From positions 15,748,001 through 15,812,000 of the forward strand of contig JAQFVV010000009.1 of the NCBI GenBank assembly GCA_028023455.1: DNA of 64,000 bases, read 5' to 3'. The notes below the pieces were generated by a model. The model ran no database searches. It saw only the letters and a program-made list of their open reading frames with translations, and had not been told where the DNA came from. A program made the translations under genes and the position numbers. This stretch comes from Epiperipatus broadwayi (taxonomy: Eukaryota; Animalia; Onychophora). This document shows, in pieces, positions 1 to 12,947 of this stretch. Positions within the stretch are counted from its first letter, which is position 1. The number at the start of each line of letters is the position of its first letter.

Positions 1-1539
1 AGTTTAGAAAATTATTTTCTGGCCCTTTTAATATTGTATTATATTGACAGCAGGCAGCCTTGTAATATATTATTTATGATATTTTATTGTGTAAGAATTT
101 GGTAAAAATTTTTAATACAATCTATAGCCTTTTAGCTTAACATTAGCTCTTTTAACACCCTTGAGAAGTAACCACTAGTCATAAAACAGGACTGATATAA
201 ATTGAGGAGTTTTAATGCTTAAATCGACCACTGTTTTATAGTTTGATGTTATACTTTATATCTTCATTAATCATATCAAATCTTATTAATCACAATGTTT
301 TAATGTAAATATGCAATAATAGTTAGATTGAAGTTCTAATTATTAACTATGAAGCAGCGCAAACAAGTAATATACAGTATAGCATACTATAAAAATGTGA
401 AATTAAATATACAGCAATATATATTTTGGGATCTATTATTATTGGAGAAATGTATACTTTTTATGTTAATTAAGGCAATGTAATAAAGGAAAAAAATAAG
501 ATTAAAGTTAAATAATACACAATAAAAATATTTCTAAATAGCTACTCATTAATTAATTTGAATAAATTGTTTAAACTTATGGTAATGTAAACATAACTGT
601 AGTTAAAAATAGTAATGAAAATAAAAATATCTAATCTTTATTCCTCAATTGTTTAGAAGTTGATGCCTGTCAAACTTTTGAGTTGGAATTGTGTGATGCA
701 TTATATTTACAAACATCCTAAAGTATCCATTAAGCATTTCTTTTACCAGCCTTTCACATGCTCTACACACTTATCTGCTTAGGGATACATAACTATAGAC
801 CTATAAAACTTTGATGGGATACAATTTTATCAGTGATAGGTAAGATTTATTCTCAGCTAGAATCAATTTAGAAATGTTCAATTCTACTTGGGGTGACAAA
901 AGTAAAAAAAAAAAATTAATTATAAAAAAAAAAATATTGATTAAATTGTAATCTTACCAACTGAGGGTAGCAGTTTTTTTTTTTTTTGTTAAGGTTAAAT
1001 AGAAGTGGGATGGGGGAGATGGGGGTATACTTCTTAATTTTGTTCTTCATATTTTAAGAGAGGAATCATTAGCTTTGGTAATAAATATTTTTTATGACAT
1101 CATTTCCTTTTATTATTATATTTATGTCGTTATTATTTACTTCTTTTCCCTGTTGTTGGATTGGAGCCAACATTTTCTGATGATAGTAATGAATTATTGT
1201 TCATAAAAGGACATGATGACATTACTGGGAAACAACTTTAGTGCAGATTATTCAATTAAAAAAATGATTTATATTTTATTTTTATTTAATGAAAGCAATT
1301 CTACTTTTATATTAATAATATTGATTTGAAATATTGTTATAAACTCTTGAACTCTTAAATTTTTTTAATATATTCATATCTTTCTTTTGAAAAGATCTTA
1401 TGGTGTAGAGAGATCCAGAGGGTTGGCATATCATGTTGCGATCTTATTTTCAAATCTGGAATAGAGTTTGATATATATCTAAGAATTGTTTAGACAATCG
1501 ATTTTTTCATATAGAAGGATCTTAGTTAACCTTGCTAAC

Positions 1540-1634
1540 TAAAGGGATTTGAACCAAGACTTTCAAGCACCCTACAGTCATTCACTCTATCCAATATAAC
1601 TGATACACATGAGTGGATGACTGTAGGGAGCTTG
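1540..1634 (-). pseudogene. tRNA-Tyr-like derived fragment (pseudo-tRNA or SINE head) with a short inverted duplication
   Basis: The minus strand reads TAGAGTGAATGACTGTAG...GTCTTGGTTCAAATCCC, compared with tRNA-Tyr TAGAGCGGAGGACTGTAG...GTCGCTGGTTCAAATCC. There is no intact cloverleaf. The 24-bp arms are 1564-1587 and 1611-1634. Confidence 0.45.
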
Positions 1635-1836
1635 TATTTCAATCTTAACTCTTCTAAATGTTCACATTGAACAACATTTCACTATCCCACTAGTGTTAGT
1701 TGGGGATAATGCACCTATGTTAATGTAAGTTGGTCGTTTGAGATGTTGACACATTAATCATAGTTAAAAATTATTGTAATACGATTAAATTTTTATTACT
1801 GGGATTGATGTTGCTGTTTTTTTTTTCTGTTTAATG

Positions 1837-1884
1837 TAGTTGTACAAGATTTGACATTTATAGTTGTACAAGATTTGACATTTA
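1837..1884 (+). repeat. Exact 24-bp tandem duplication (similar short duplications at ~13139-13204 and 59525-59566)
   Basis: TAGTTGTACAAGATTTGACATTTA occurs twice. Confidence 0.95.
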
Positions 1885-2110
1885 TATCTTGAACTTGGAT
1901 AGCTGAAAATTAAATACCACAGGTATGAAATGAGAACAATTTCTGCAGAAATTGTTAAAAAGGAAAACATTAAAAAAAAAAAAATTAAACAAAAAAAAAA
2001 TTAGTAAATTATTTTTTTATAGCATTTTAATAACCCATTTCCTTCATTTATATATTTTAAACCACTAAACATCACATGATCACTATTTCCTATGTTAGCA
2101 CATTACTGTT

Positions 2111-2592
2111 ATTAAAACAGGCAAAACTCTCCATACAGTAGTGCCACTAAGTGCCAACCAGAGTAATCAGTGGATGCCAGAAGGCTTGTGCATAAAATCC
2201 CAATCCAATGCTTACTCATCCAATATCTCCAGACTAGTTTCTGGCTTGTGGGCTTTGTCAGTGAGGAGCTTTGGATCTGAGAGCACTGCACCAGTGCATG
2301 CATAAAATCTCAATCCAATGCCTACTCATCCAATATCTCTAGACTAGTTTCTGGTTTGTGGCCTTCATCAGTGAGGAGCTTTGGATCTGAGAGCACTGCA
2401 CCAGTGCACCAGTGCAGTACTCTCAGATCCAAAGCTCCTCACTGACAAAGGCCACAAGCCAGAAACTAGTCTGGGGATATTGGATGAGTAAGCATTGGAT
2501 TGGGACTTTATGCACAAGCCTTCTGGCATCCATTGATTATTCTGGTTGGCACTGAGTGGCTCTACTGTGTGGAGAGTTTTGCCTGTTTTAAT
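2111..2592. mobile_element. MITE/foldback element with ~180-bp TIRs and an internal ~110-bp tandem duplication
   Basis: Termini are ATTAAAACAGGCAAAACTCTCCA and TGGAGAGTTTTGCCTGTTTTAAT, giving a TA or TTAA TSD candidate. The unit TGCATAAAATC...GAGAGCACTGCACCAGTGC is repeated at ~2189 and ~2298. Confidence 0.85.
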
Positions 2593-5500
2593 CATTTATA
2601 TATGTTGAATTTTATTTAATCATTGGCATTACTTTAACAGTTTCTGTGTTCCACTTTATATAAAACTGAAGATTAAATTTAAAAATGCAGAAATATTTAT
2701 TGTTTTTATTCCAAGATGGAAAAATTACAAATCAAATTGTATGATATGTCCTCTTTAAATAATGCATTTTGTAGATAACTCAACTAATTAAGTATATCTG
2801 AAATGCTAAAATTTAGAATGTACATATTTTGCCTGGAAAAATTAGATATTAAGAGTTTAGTAATATAATAATATTTTCTATGTAAAATTAACATGTTGAG
2901 CCTGCTCTGTAATTCAACATTAGTATAATGATGGACTTGAGAATTCAAAGTTTCTGAATAAACAATCAATCCATTATTTGTGATGCTAGGTTGTCACAAA
3001 ATATTCTTTTTGATCAATTTATTTAATTTGTTAATTTTTACAATTATTACAGAAAAACAAAGGTAAAAAATTTATTCTAGAATTACATAATTTATTAGTC
3101 ATTAAGTATGAAGCAGTTGTTTCATTTTTAATCTTTTTAGTCATTCAATATTGTTTAGTGATGGTTTAAATAAGAAAGAAAAAGCATAAACACTTTCACC
3201 AAAACATTGCTTGATTAACTTGGAGTTTATTTTTTCAACTTTAGCATTTCTCAAATTTTGTGAATAGGTACAGAAGAGCTTTTTGCCCTGCATTGAGTTA
3301 TTAAAGTTGTTATTTTAATTCCACTCTGTGATGATTAAAGAATTGTTATATTAAACAAACTGCATGATGATAATGGATTAGTAACTTATTGAATAAATGT
3401 GCCATTTATTGGTTGAAAATTAAATAAGAAATTATCTATTTATATAAAGTCTGTTAGCTAGTTCGAACATAGAAAGAAAAAAAACACAAAGCATACAAAA
3501 ATGTGTAAAACTGTTCATTTTTTAAAAATATTATAATATTAATATACTCAATATAAATAGAGTGGAAAAATAATGTTAAAAACAGTTATTCTATATTGTT
3601 GTCTGAAAATTAATATCTAAATGGCAATGGTTCATAATGCCAGAAGTCATAAAATAATGATAGCCATTATTATTTTTTATATTGATGCTTTGTTATAGTA
3701 TAAAAAAATCTATCCAAATGAAGAATTACTTCATCCTAAAATTGATTTCCGTTTCAGCCATATATATATAGTTTGCATATAAGCATATCTATAAATTTTA
3801 TAATTTATAAAAATATTTTTTAGTATAAAAAGCAGAAGATTGTTGAAGCATTTCTCCCATTTTTAGTTGTATTAAAATGCACAAATGAAAACCATGAGTT
3901 TCAGAATCTTTATTTTAAAAAAGAGATATATTCAGGAATTGCAAGTATAAAAATTGTAAAGGTAAAACTAAAACAAATTTCTTTATCCTAGTATTTCTCT
4001 ACCTGTTGCATACTTTGATGCATTTTTGTGTTTGTTTTTAAACACTGGAGAAAAATAAAAGATGTGATAAGATTTGTAATTACATAAATGATAAATATGA
4101 ATGTAAAACCCAAAGCCAGGTTGGAGTAATTACACAATTCAACCCTATAATTCAGATTGATCTTCTAATCTTAATATTGTAGTTTAGACCTTTCCTTCAT
4201 ATTGAATGAAAACCAAATTATTCTGATCTCTGAAGCTTAGATTATCATTCAAAATGTTCACTTTAATTCTTGCGTTTTTTTTTCTTTTGAGCTCATTAAA
4301 AATTAGATATGATCACAAAATTTAAAACTCCCTACCTTTTTATTTATTTTTTTAATCACTATAATGTACTTAAGAATTTCGAGATCTTTTTTTTTTCAAT
4401 TGGAAGACATTTAGCTTTATTAACCATAAATTAATTAGAAAGTTAATGTGTTAAAATTAAAGATTATTAGTTTAGTAATCATAAGCTAAGGCCTCACACT
4501 TTAGTATCCTTAGTAATTTGATGTCTTGTTAGAAATTAATGAAAATGTAAAATATTTATACAGCCAGAAATTTATTAATTTATTTAAATAAATTTTCTTT
4601 GTTTTAAATATATTATACATTAATATAATTAGTTATGTTTATTAGTTGCTTCAACTACTGAAATACAGATTTGTTTTTGTCAATGGCATTATTAGACTAA
4701 TAATTGTGTTGTTGCAAATCCTCTGTCAAATCAGTAGAATTTTATTTGTGTTATCCATAATTATGCCTGGTTCTTTAAAGGGGTCTTAAAAACTTTTAAT
4801 TTAGGATCTCACCAATTTTAAATCCAACTTAGAGAAAAAGGTATTATGTATTAAATGGAGTTTTATTTTTTAATTAAAATGTAAAAGATGGCTCGATTGA
4901 ATCATAAGCAAATTTTAATATTTTAAATGTATTTAATTTAATGAATTGCTGAATTTTGAATTCACTAGCAGTTATCTTCAAGAATATCTATACTAAGAAA
5001 TATTTTGGTCTTTTTTTTTTTAAGACAACAAAATAACTACACACTATTGTACTTTCATCATAAATTCATGGTAAGGCATCTCTACATATTTCTGTCCTCT
5101 ACAAATAGACAAAATTTTGATAAAACATTTAGTTCTATTTATTGAAGTCATTTATCTATTGGTATCTAGTTTGGAATTTTTTTTTTTACATGAGTAATTT
5201 GTTCAGGTTTTATATTCTTCCAATAAATATATAAATCATTTTGACTAATATCCATTATTTTTTTTTCTATCTTTAGAAATCCAAAATACTTCTTTGTATG
5301 TCTTGTTTTTTATTCACAGTCTGCTAAATTGCAAAATAAATTATAAAAATAGTGAAAAAGTCAAGTAAATTCTTATTAACTGTTTTTATTCTTCTTTCCA
5401 CACTGCAACTGTTTTTATTCTTAGTCACACATTAAATATACTTAATTATATTTATAATGTAGTTTTTGAGTAATTGATGCTATGTGTTTTGAGAAACCAA

Positions 5501-7951
5501 ATGAAATAACTTTTATTGAGTCACTGTTATTTAAAATAGAAATTAATTAACAGTAATATAATAAATAAATATTCAATTAGTAATAAGACATGCATGGTGA
5601 TTATGATTATTATTAGTTTAATTAAATAAGATTAATTTGTTATTACAAAACTATATAACTATCCATTTTAGCTTGTAAAAAATGTAATTTAGGTTGCTTT
5701 TTGAACTTAAAGAGCACAATCACCAGGAGAATTCACAGAGCTTCTGTGGTTTTGATTTCCCTGACTACTTATACTTATTCCTCCTGTAAAAAGAAATACT
5801 GAGCTTGTGTGTTTATAGATATTTAGTTCTAATTGGTGGATTGTTTCCCACTGATCAATAGCTGGCTTCTGGTATAACAATAATCTGATGAATCCTATCA
5901 TCTAACTAGATGTTTGCTTAATTAATTTGCATTGGCCAGATGTTATATGGGTATATATTTTAATTGTACCATATTATACTCATTTATGTTAACTTCATTT
6001 AAATATTTTGTTTAAATAAACATGGTTTGGATAATTAAGTAAGGTAATATGACCATAAATAATATTTGTTTATCATTGCTTGCCATCAATCAACATATAT
6101 TGTACCAGTCAAAATTGTATGTACATCCAATAAGATCCTGAATCTGAGCAAAAGTACCTCAAATCCAATCATGCCCAAGATACACAGGTCAGGAGCAATC
6201 ATGGATTCTGACCTATTTGCCCATTCACCAGATCTATAACACTATGAACAACATTCCCGATGATACAGCAGCATTTATTCAATTTCAGTCCTGGAGACAC
6301 AGCTGAGAGGCATGATATCTTAGTGATTTTAATAATCGGGCCAATGTATATAGAATGTATATATAACATGTATGTATATGTGATGTATAGGTGTGTGACG
6401 TAACCCAGGATAAATAAATATTAAATATGAAATATTATATTTAACTAAGCATAAACTAATAAGGGAATAAGAATGATTCAAACAACTGGATTATATATAT
6501 GAAGAAAGTGTAATTTAATATAAAAGACAAAATTGTAGTACAAGTGAAGTTATTACTCATTTCATGCTCAACACTTTGAATAATTAATTAGAATGACATT
6601 TATTATCATTATAAGAATTCATAATGATAAGATTTAGAACTGTAAAATAAACATGCATGTGTGTGTATATATTTAATCTGAGTGTGGCTTAGTTATATGC
6701 CAATGATCAATTAAATAAGCTTTTACAAAATAGATTTAAGAATAGAAACACAGAATCGAAACACAATTAGTGGAATGACCTACATAAAATATATATTTAA
6801 CAGATTCAGACCTATTGCTACCTGAACTGTTATTCAGTTAATGGTAATCCAACTCACGATATGACCAAAATGATTCAGATTATATGTGGATTATACAGGT
6901 ATTAACATAACCATAATAATGCAGGTAAACATGGTTTCTGGTGTTTACATTTTGCATTAAAAGATCCAATATTGTTTGCATTAAAATGATTTGGATACAT
7001 GAATGTGTGCATATTCAAATTAACACATTTTATAATAGTAACATATGCAATTTATAATTTGAATAAAGATTGACTTTATATATGCATTTGGGAATCACTT
7101 GCTCAATGCAAGATTGACTCACAACATTCTAAATATCAAAACTTAACCAGTAAAATGTAATTGGTTTAATAAACTCATAGCATTATGACTTATAGATTTA
7201 TTTAGTCTTAATTTAAAATAGTAAGAATCAATGATGGTACTGGCACGAGGCAGGAAATATGAAGTTCAGGCCATTTCTGGCCGATAAAGCTTCATCACTG
7301 GTCCACTCTTCTGGCAATGTTATACTGGAGAGGAGGAAGATAGGAGGATGTGATGGGCTGGCTGTCCCAGGATCATTCCACGCAGAGCACTCACTACTCT
7401 TTCCAAATGTGTTTTAGGACACAATGAATGCCATACTAAAACATTTACGAATGAAGATAGGATTCGGAGTTTCTGGGGATCCCAGATCATGACAAAGCAA
7501 ATTTAAAGTAAGTAAGAAAGCTGACTTATGCTGGCAATGCTAAGAAAATAATACATCACTAATGATGTGTAACTAGTTATAACCTAAATATTAATATGGA
7601 TCACACATAATGACATGAATAAAATATTAAACTATTTAACTAATTATTATTGACACTAAAGAAATGTCATAATAATGCGATTAGATTTCCCTTTATTAAG
7701 CAGGTCCCATATGCATTTAATCAAAGTATGCAATATTAATGCCTATCACACTCTAGGCGATACACAGTTATATTTATGGCATTGCAAACTATAGGGTGGT
7801 GGTCATTACTAATATTGAAAACATTATAAATAAATCTAAAATTGATATCGTTCTATAATACTAATAAATTAACTTGAAATGGGATCTGCCCTTAAACATA
7901 TATATATAGCATTATTTAATCATTTCCTCAACCAAGCGAGTGGAAGCATTG

Positions 7952-8007
<56 letters not shown>
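7952..8007. repeat. (AAT)n microsatellite directly followed by its complement (ATT)n
   Basis: taataataa...aatattattatt...att, read directly. Confidence 0.95.
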
Positions 8008-8008
<1 letters not shown>

Positions 8009-10860
8009 CATCATCCCTTGAATGATTGGGATTTATAATCTAATATATATATATATATAATGATTCTTGTGAGGCTGAGTAAGATTGGCATATAATTACA
8101 TATTAAAATAAAATACATAACTAGAAAATAAATATATCAAACAAATTCTACCGCACTAGACTAGAGTTAGAAATAAGAATGTGAAATGGTGTAAGACAAT
8201 TACATAAAGATTTGATAGGGTTATAGAGAGTCATGATAAACGGTTAATTACAATTATATAACTGGCTTTTAACTACCAGTGGATAAATATAGATAAAATA
8301 CATATTTAAGAGTTAAATAGGATTTAATAAATGAATAAAATGAGTGAAACTGAATCTTTAAGGCGGTAGTGTTGATGACATGATGGCTTGAGAGATCCAT
8401 GTTCCTTGGGAGACAACTCATGTTGAAACACAGCAAGACTTTATACAAATGGAGATAGCATTGTTTCTATATCATTCTTACTATAGTATTATAGGTAGTC
8501 CATTTTGTTTGAGATTGAAGCGCAACATTATGGTGCAGAAGTAATCTTAGAAAAGGTCAGGAAAGATAGATTCGGTCCCTTCCACTGGTTATAATGATGA
8601 AAAATTGACAAGCGTGGATTTGGCTTAGCAATTGATTTTGAAAATAACTGGTTTTTTCAATGGAAAAATAAGCCCTATTTATACTAACTTACATGTTCCA
8701 GAGAAATGCTTTTAGTAAATCACTCGAAGCAATGCAGATACAAGCTTGCCTTGTAATCTCAAACAGCAGGGTATGTACCCTGTCTTTTGTGAATTGAAGA
8801 TGCAAAAAAGTCTTCATAAAATCCTCAAAGTTATTGTTCTGAATCTATTTCGAGTTTAGAAATAGATTCACATAGCTATAATTTTAATTAATATTTTAAA
8901 ATAAAATAAATTCAATAGAGTGAATTCCAAGTTTCACTAATGGATTTCTCTATTGTTAGATAAATTTTACATTTACTTAGAATGACTTCAAGAACCTTCT
9001 CAAGTATTACATCATTCTTTGCAGCTAAGCTATATTAAATAATAAATATATATAATAATAAATATCAAATAAATAATATTTACATCACATATATGTATCC
9101 ATTTCATATATGTGAATGTACATGCATGGCTCCCCTGTGAGAGTATGCAGTACTATCACATAAGTATATATGATTAGTAGATACTTTATTATTTTTTATA
9201 TAATTGTTTTAATAAAATTAAAACAAGCAGAAATAACTATTTTCATTCATTGATATAATACCATTGTTTAAACTAATAAAATTCATTAATAAAATTCATT
9301 AACTAAAACGTTGACAAAGAGATAACCTTTAAAGTCAAGTCGCAATCTAGCAACTAATACAAAAGAAATGAAATTAAAAATTCAATTATTCGTTATTAAA
9401 TATAATTAATAATTATAGAATGTAAAAATCATCAAAATCAAATGATATACAGTACATGCCATTGGAAGTTGATTCTGCTATAAATATTGAATCAAAATTT
9501 TTATTAAACTTTTGTCAATGTACTAGTTACTTCATACAATAATTTTTACTGTGTTCGAATATAGAATACTTATAAAAGATAAATTGACAAATTGAATGAT
9601 TTGCTTATTGAAAAAAAGTTTTATTAGACAACAAATTCTATATTACCCAAATAGAAGAGTAAATAAATTACTCTCTATTAATATTATTTGGATTTTCTAA
9701 ATGAAATTATATATATATTTTATTAATTAAAAAGCTTATAAAATCATTCTAAATTAGAATTCTGAAACAAAAACTTTTTCAAAAAACATTTCTAAATTCA
9801 AACGAATATTAATTTAAGATTATATTTATAAAACAATGCATTGTGAGTAAACTTCACTTATCATAGGATACATAATGGTATAGTTTTAACTGAAGATAAA
9901 TGTGATGGCTTATTCTTACTAAAATGTCTAAAAGTTATATGAATTTCATCTATATAATGGTAATGAAATCATTTGTGGAAGATGTCAACATCACACAAGA
10001 AGAATGATTAGAAATAATCAGATCTCTGGATAGCTTTTCAATGATTGGCCTCCAAGGAATAAAGAACTATTCTTAATGAACTTTATTTCTCAAACATGGA
10101 AATGAATAGGACAATAATAAGAATTTTCATTTTATCACATCATCTTTATGAAGCCATCAGTTAAAAAACACTTAATTTTATTTCCTTTGTTACTAAAATT
10201 CTTTGCCTTTGGAATAATTCATTTCTGAAAAACTAAATGAAGATGAACAGAAGATCATGAAGTTAAATATTTTTTTTATATTTAATAAAATGTAGGTCTT
10301 TTATGAAAGCAACTTGACCGGGGTTTAAACTAAAGTACAAAAGTAAACTTACTATGAATTATCATTCTTCATTTTACTAATTTAATTAACATAATGTTTG
10401 TTTGTTATTAGTTGTGTAAATGATTAATATTCTGTATGAAAGATTTTATATTTCTTAATGATGACTTTACTTAGGAACGGTCTCATAAAGCTGGAATTCT
10501 CTCATATGTATTATATAATATAATATTATCATTTATTTATATATGTATTATATCGATATTAGCTAGTTGAGCATTTTTATAATTTCTTTTTGTAAATTAT
10601 AAAAATCCATTTATTATATTATATGTTATTAAAATCTGTTCATGTTATAATATATATAAACTACTATGGAAATATGGAAAGACCTTAACTATTTAAACTT
10701 ATAAAATAGTAGAGATGTGAAACAAACCTTTATAATTATTTTTGCTATATTAAATAAATTTGAATTATTATTCATTAATAAATATTGTTAATGATTAATA
10801 AAAAATAAAAAATAGACTCTCATATCATATGAACCCATTTCTTTTTTAAGATTGTAAAAT

Positions 10861-11401
10861 ATAAACAAAGAGCTTTGCTAATTGCACAACAAGCTTTGTG
10901 ATAAATGCTTAACCAGAGAAAGCATTTAAAATATTTCTACCAGAAACCACACTCAAACCCCTGACCAATGGTTTTGTGCTTTGGCACTCCTCAAAGAGGC
11001 AGTAGGGTAGTTTCAGACACTAGATCTAAAAATACCAACCCAAAGCCAGCATTTATCTAAGTGATGTTATATTGCTAAGATTACTAATATATAGTTTGGC
11101 TGAAGATCTCTCAGTCCTGTACAACTATTGAGTTAGATAGCTGGGTTTGAAGACATTTATAAAGTATCTGAAAATTTCAGATTTTCTACTCAGTGATTAA
11201 CTCTTAGATAAATGCTGCCTTTGGGTTGGTATTTTTAGATTTAGTGTCCGAAACTATCCTAGCACCTCTGAGGAATGCCAAAGTACAAAACCATTCGTCA
11301 GGGGTTTGGGTGTGGTTTCTGGTAGAGATATTTTAAATGCTTTCTCTGGCTAAGCATTTATCACAAAGCTTGTTGAGCAATTAGCAAAGCTCTTTGTTTA
11401 T
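10861..11401. mobile_element. MITE with ~200-bp TIRs and a ~140-bp spacer
   Basis: ATAAACAAAGAGCTTTGCTAATTG...CATTTATCTAAG (10861-11062) is inverted as CTTAGATAAATG...CAATTAGCAAAGCTCTTTGTTTAT (11203-11401). TA flanks are present. Confidence 0.88.
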
Positions 11402-12309
11402 TGTTAATGTTTATCTTAAATTTAAAGAAGTTTCTAATTTATTTATTCATTTTACGAAATCAAAATAAAGTCAAACACATATACCACACACATATATTAT
11501 ATTTATTTAATATTCTAATAACTGAATTGAAATAAATTTTAAAAATATATTGAGATTATATTGAGTATGGTTATTGCTACTAAAGAGAGTTAATTTGCAA
11601 CTTCTCCCTGAGTTTGAATTCTGAGCATAACAGAACAATTAGTAAAGGTGAAGGTTGAATGATTTATTCTATATTGGATCTATATTAGATATTTAATATT
11701 AAATTATTATTATTGAAGTCAATTCAGTTTTGGATTAAATTTAGATCATCTTATTCACAGCATTTCCTTAGGCAAATTTCCATACCATTAAACTACATAT
11801 GATTTAGGGAATATTTATTATAATTAAATTTAAAATATCAAATCTCTAATAATATTTATATAAATAGTTGAGGAGGGTCAGCAAAAGTTATGCAGATGTG
11901 CATGTTGACTCTTTATATAGTCTAAGTGCATGCACATGGTGGTTAAATAACCTGATGACACATGAAGTGCGAATCTGGATTACAGATTCACCGGTTCAAT
12001 ATATATATTCTTGCATTTCAAATATAAAATTGAACATGTTAATATTTTCATTTTTGTAAAAGTGAAGACATTTTTAGTTTTAGTGCTCTCAGTGAGAATG
12101 AAATTTGAAAGATTTTAAAAATGTTCTGTCATGTTTAACTTTTGGGGACTCATAAGCATCTGTGCTTAGGTATAAGTCTTAAGTATATAATAAAATAATG
12201 AAGCCTTTTATATCATTAATATTAATTCAGTTAGTCAAATCTATATAGAAGATTTTTTCTTGTATTTTAATATGAAAAATGTTTATTTTTTTTACTACTA
12301 ATAATCATC

Positions 12310-12565
12310 AAATGGCTTCACTGCTCCAGAGTTCATAAGAAGTTTGAGCGCTGAAGCTGCTAGCACTGGAATCAATCCCAGCATCTCAAAGTCTGACATT
12401 CTACTATTGCACTAAATCACACAATGCAGAAATATATAATTAAATAGCTTTATTATCCAGGAGTTCTTAAGAAGTTTGAATGTCAGAAATGCTAGAATTA
12501 AAGTCGACTCAAGGACCTTATGGGCTAAAGTTTGGCCATCTACCACTGCATTAAACCATGCAGGG
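12310..12565 (-). mobile_element. Two tandem copies of a ~125-bp tRNA-derived SINE-like repeat (12310-12421, 12441-12565)
   Basis: The copies share GAGTTC(A/T)TAAGAA(G/A)TTTGA. On the minus strand there are A-box-like (GCAGTGGTAGA / GCAATAGTAGA) and B-box-like (GGGATTGATTCC) segments, and copy 2 ends in AATAAAGCT. Confidence 0.6.
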
Positions 12566-12874
12566 CTTTTTTTAAAAGTTATTATTATTTTTAATATCAT
12601 TAAGATACAGTTATGTAATAATCACAATTTTTTTCCAGTATTAGACAAGATAGAGACTGGGAGAAAATAAGAATGGCTGCCTTATTTTCAAACTCAAATG
12701 CACTTATAGGATCCAATTTTCTAGAAGTGAGAGGTGAATATATAAATTTTAACTTTAAATCCATTTCTTTTTTAATAGTCTTATTAGCACTTATGAAATA
12801 TTATAATTTACTTCTTGGTAATATTAAATTATATAGTATGCCATAAATTTCCCTAGTGCAGCCACTAGATTGTA

Positions 12875-12947
12875 ATTATATAGAAGATAATCACCACTCT
12901 CACTGTTTAATGGCCCTAGTGAGAGGGGTGATTATCTTCTATATAAT
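12875..12947. repeat. 73-nt near-perfect hairpin (30-bp arms, 13-nt loop)
   Basis: ATTATATAGAAGATAATCACCACTCTCACT pairs with AGTGAGAGGGGTGATTATCTTCTATATAAT, with one mismatch. Confidence 0.9.

Noticed and set aside
150-200. CTTGAGAAG...ATAAAAC as another PLE hammerhead tail
   Set aside because: No pairing stem II, no GAAA and no adjacent PLE ORF.
1452-1493. KSGIEFDI as an ESGI-type first-exon motif
   Set aside because: There is no in-frame ATG or acceptor support, and it stops after 13 codons.
7230-7525. GC-richer island with a 53-aa + ORF and aa|gtaagt
   Set aside because: No recognisable homology or acceptor. It is probably a TE relic that I cannot classify.
11900-11970. Cluster of CACATG/CAGATG E-boxes as a MiT autoregulatory site
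   Set aside because: About 18 CACATG/CATGTG hexamers are expected by chance in 64 kb at this composition, so the cluster is not distinguishable from background.
11962-12027. MKCESGL... as the MITF-A-like first exon (MQSESGI)
   Set aside because: It stops after 21 codons and has no suitable donor or YELKS-like motif.
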